From Alphaproteobacteria bacterium (lineage in GTDB: Bacteria; Pseudomonadota; Alphaproteobacteria; GCA-2731375): a stretch of DNA of 64,000 nucleotides. The position numbers and the translations under genes were made by a program. Below the pieces are notes generated by a model. It did not search any database. It was not told the origin of the DNA and was given only the letters and a program-made list of their open reading frames with translations. Numbering within the stretch: the stretch's first letter is position 1; each line of letters begins with the position of its first letter. Positions 61,674 to 64,000 of the stretch are shown here, one piece after another. The stretch is taken from NCBI GenBank assembly GCA_965225945.1, contig CBDDBZ010000037.1, positions 32,001 through 96,000 of the forward strand. Direction: 5' to 3'.

Positions 61674-62770
61674 ATACTGGGAGCCGTGATCCATCCGCAA
61701 GGCCAGCCCCCGCGCCGCACCGGCGGAGGTCGAGGCATACAGCCTCGCAAGCCCCATGGAGATCGGCTGAAGGGCGGCGAAGCGGTCGCCTCGCTTGCAC
61801 ACATGCCAGCCGACGCACTCGGCGTTCCAATGCTCGATGGCGGTGAATATCCAGCCCCAGCCGTCGTCCACCGTGAACACCCGAACGCCGTCCGTGCCCC
61901 ACATGAGGTTGGGGGCATGGGTGATGATCTCACCGACATGGGGATTTCCGCCACGGCGGCGGCAGCGATGGGGCGAGAGCAGGTTGTTCTCGCGCATCAC
62001 CCGGAGCACCCGCTTGCGGGAAACACGGATGCCACGACAGACCCGAAGCCGAGCCCAGACCTTGCGGTGTCCCTCGCCCTCCCAGGGGGATGCCTCCAGG
62101 TCGGCCTCGATGGCCACCAGCAGAGCCTCGTCCGAGATCGAGGGCTTCGGTCCCCGGCGCTTTGCTGGTGGGCGCTCAGCGGTGGCCTGCTGCCGGGATT
62201 TCATGGCGTAGAACGAGGAACGGGCAAAACCCCAGGCCGCACAGACCCGCTGGAGGCCGTAGGCCAAACCCGTGCCGGGAGAGGTGGCGGCACTCATCGC
62301 CGCGACCTCCGCCGCCCCAAAGGGCCGGACGTCTCCGTCTTGGCCTCCAGCAGTTCCACCTGCATGATCAACTCCCCGATCCGCTTCATGGCGATGTCCA
62401 GTTCCGCCTTTACCGGATCGCCCTTGCGTTCCTTGAGCGAGGCATCGATCCCGGCGATCGCCTTCTCACGCCACTGCTCGAGCCGGAAAATCTCCACGCC
62501 CAACTGCCGCGACAAAAGTTCCACCGGCTCGCCACGCAAAAGCCGCAGGGCAACCTCACGCTTGCGCGTCACCGTCCACCGCTGGCCAAGTCCCAGCGGG
62601 CCTGCCGGCGAAACCTGGCCCGGGGAAAACGTGGACGAGCCAAGCTCGCCCTCGTTTACCACAGGCCCATCAACAGCAACTTTGTTTTCAAAATTGTCGG
62701 TCATGTTCCGGTCCTCCTTGGACACTTCGATTAAACCAATTCTGTGTCCAAGGAAATCGGGTCCGACTCA
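61674..62770 (-). mobile_element. IS3-family element (orfA 62294-62725, orfB truncated by IS1595)
   Basis: Left end matches the 28963 copy; orfB has GHRKVWARL, WGTDG and MDHGSQY. Confidence 0.9.
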
Positions 62771-63984
62771 TGGCGCTCTACATGATCGGTCTGGATCGCT
62801 TCAAGTTAGTCAACGACAGCCATGGCCAAAGGATCGGCGACGGTTTGCTGGTGCAGTTCGCGACCAGGCTGTCGCGTTTTCTGCGCAGGACCGACACGCT
62901 CGCGCGGCTGGGGGGCGACGAGTTCGCGATCATCACCACCAACCTCGATCGCGACGCCGCCGCCTCGGTGACCGCCGAGAAGATCATCGATTCGGTGGCC
63001 GAGCCCTTCATCATCGACAGCCACCATATCAACAGCGCCGCCAGCGTCGGAATCGTCATCTTCGATGGTCGCGAACCGGTCACCCCCGACGAGCTGTTGC
63101 AGCGCGCCGATTTCGCGCTCTACCGGGCCAAGGAGGCGGGGCACCAGCAATACCAATTCTTCGACGAGGACCTGAACCGGGCGGTACGGCGCGGTAACCT
63201 GCTGAAGAAGGAATTGGCGGCCGCGATCGGCAGCGATCAGATCCACCTCGTGTTCCAGCCGAAGATCGACATCGCCACGAAGACTATCAAGGGGGTCGAG
63301 GCGTTGACCCGCTGGACCCATCCGGAGCTGGGTCCGATCTCGCCGGCCGAATTCATCCCGATCGCCGAGATGACCGGTCAGATCCTCGATCTCTCCGACT
63401 GGGCCCTGGAGACCGCGTTCAAGACCATCGGGAGCTGGCGCGGGACGGTCCTGGAGACCGTGCCGATCGCCCTCAACGTCTCCGCGGTGCAGTTGAAGAG
63501 TGGCGACATCGTCAACACCATCCAGCGGCTGATGCGTCGCTACGGCGTCTTGCCGCGGGATTTCGCCCTCGAAATCACCGAGACCACGGCACTCGAGGAT
63601 CTCGAGGGGGGAATCGACCGGCTGACCGCGCTACGCGACATGGGCGTCGAGATCGCCATCGACGACTTCGGCACCGGCTATTCGTCCTTGGCGCTGGCGA
63701 CCACCCTGCCGGCCGATCAATTGAAGATCGACAAGTCGTTCGTATCCGGCATGCTGGAACGGTCGTCCGACGCGGCGGCGGTGAATACCACCATCACGCT
63801 TGCCCACAGCCTCGGCATGAGCGTCGTCGTCGAAGGGGTCGAGACGATGGAGGAGTTCGAGTATCTGGACCGCAGCGGCTGTGACCAAGTGCAAGGCTTC
63901 TTGATCGTCAAGCCGCTCGCGGCCGAAGAGCTGGTGACTTGGTATGCGCTCGAACGCGACACCTTGCTGCGCGTCGCGGCCTGA
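62770..63984 (+). CDS. 5'-truncated GGDEF-EAL protein
   Basis: LDRFKLVNDSHG, ARLGGDEF, EALTRW, EITET, DDFGTGYSSL and QGF; begins inside the GGDEF domain at the IS3 end. Confidence 0.88.
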   Translation: MALYMIGLDRFKLVNDSHGQRIGDGLLVQFATRLSRFLRRTDTLARLGGDEFAIITTNLDRDAAASVTAEKIIDSVAEPFIIDSHHINSAASVGIVIFDGREPVTPDELLQRADFALYRAKEAGHQQYQFFDEDLNRAVRRGNLLKKELAAAIGSDQIHLVFQPKIDIATKTIKGVEALTRWTHPELGPISPAEFIPIAEMTGQILDLSDWALETAFKTIGSWRGTVLETVPIALNVSAVQLKSGDIVNTIQRLMRRYGVLPRDFALEITETTALEDLEGGIDRLTALRDMGVEIAIDDFGTGYSSLALATTLPADQLKIDKSFVSGMLERSSDAAAVNTTITLAHSLGMSVVVEGVETMEEFEYLDRSGCDQVQGFLIVKPLAAEELVTWYALERDTLLRVAA

Positions 63985-64000
63985 TCCCCCCCCCCGGCCG

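Noticed and set aside
1-64000. CRISPR array, cas genes, rRNA or tRNA
   Set aside because: No regularly spaced repeat-spacer array, cas-like ORF, rRNA or tRNA-like sequence was recognised by eye.

Overview
This is a GC-rich window, probably from an alphaproteobacterium (inferred from gene content: Flp pilin, class III cyclase-TPR protein, form II CoxL-like subunit, tripartite tricarboxylate transporter). Catabolic and transport genes are interleaved with about 17 mobile elements that cover roughly 38% of the window, many of them nested. Intact or near-intact host genes include tctCBA, two convergent hydantoinase/oxoprolinase operons, a class III aminotransferase, a DapA-like aldolase, uronate-dehydrogenase-like and amidohydrolase genes, a secreted cyclase-family protein, methylmalonyl-CoA mutase, a PhyH-family dioxygenase and two GGDEF-EAL genes. 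Terminal inverted repeats and target-site duplications could be read directly for most IS elements (IS5, 2x IS256, 2x IS630, IS481/ISNCY-like, 2x IS1595, 2x IS21, IS66, IS4, 2x IS3, ISKra4-like fragments, integrase+IS91-like). Five observations stand out. (1) A RAYT-like HUH transposase ends in the motif CCTGACCCCTTT, which also bounds a 97-bp inverted-repeat element and a ~620-740 bp non-coding element present twice, 50 kb apart. (2) A cleanly bounded 4.1-kb IS21-like transposon carries a coupled four-gene array: Zn-finger protein, IstA, IstB and a degenerate DUF3991/TOPRIM primase-like protein. (3) An integrase+Y2 element with a terminal hairpin splits hyuA at a 2-bp core. (4) A 270-bp nested-palindrome MITE sits inside an operon. 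(5) Several templated duplications and mosaics occur, which may be real template switching or assembly artefacts. No rRNA, tRNA or CRISPR array was seen. All family assignments come from motif recognition by eye, not from database searches.
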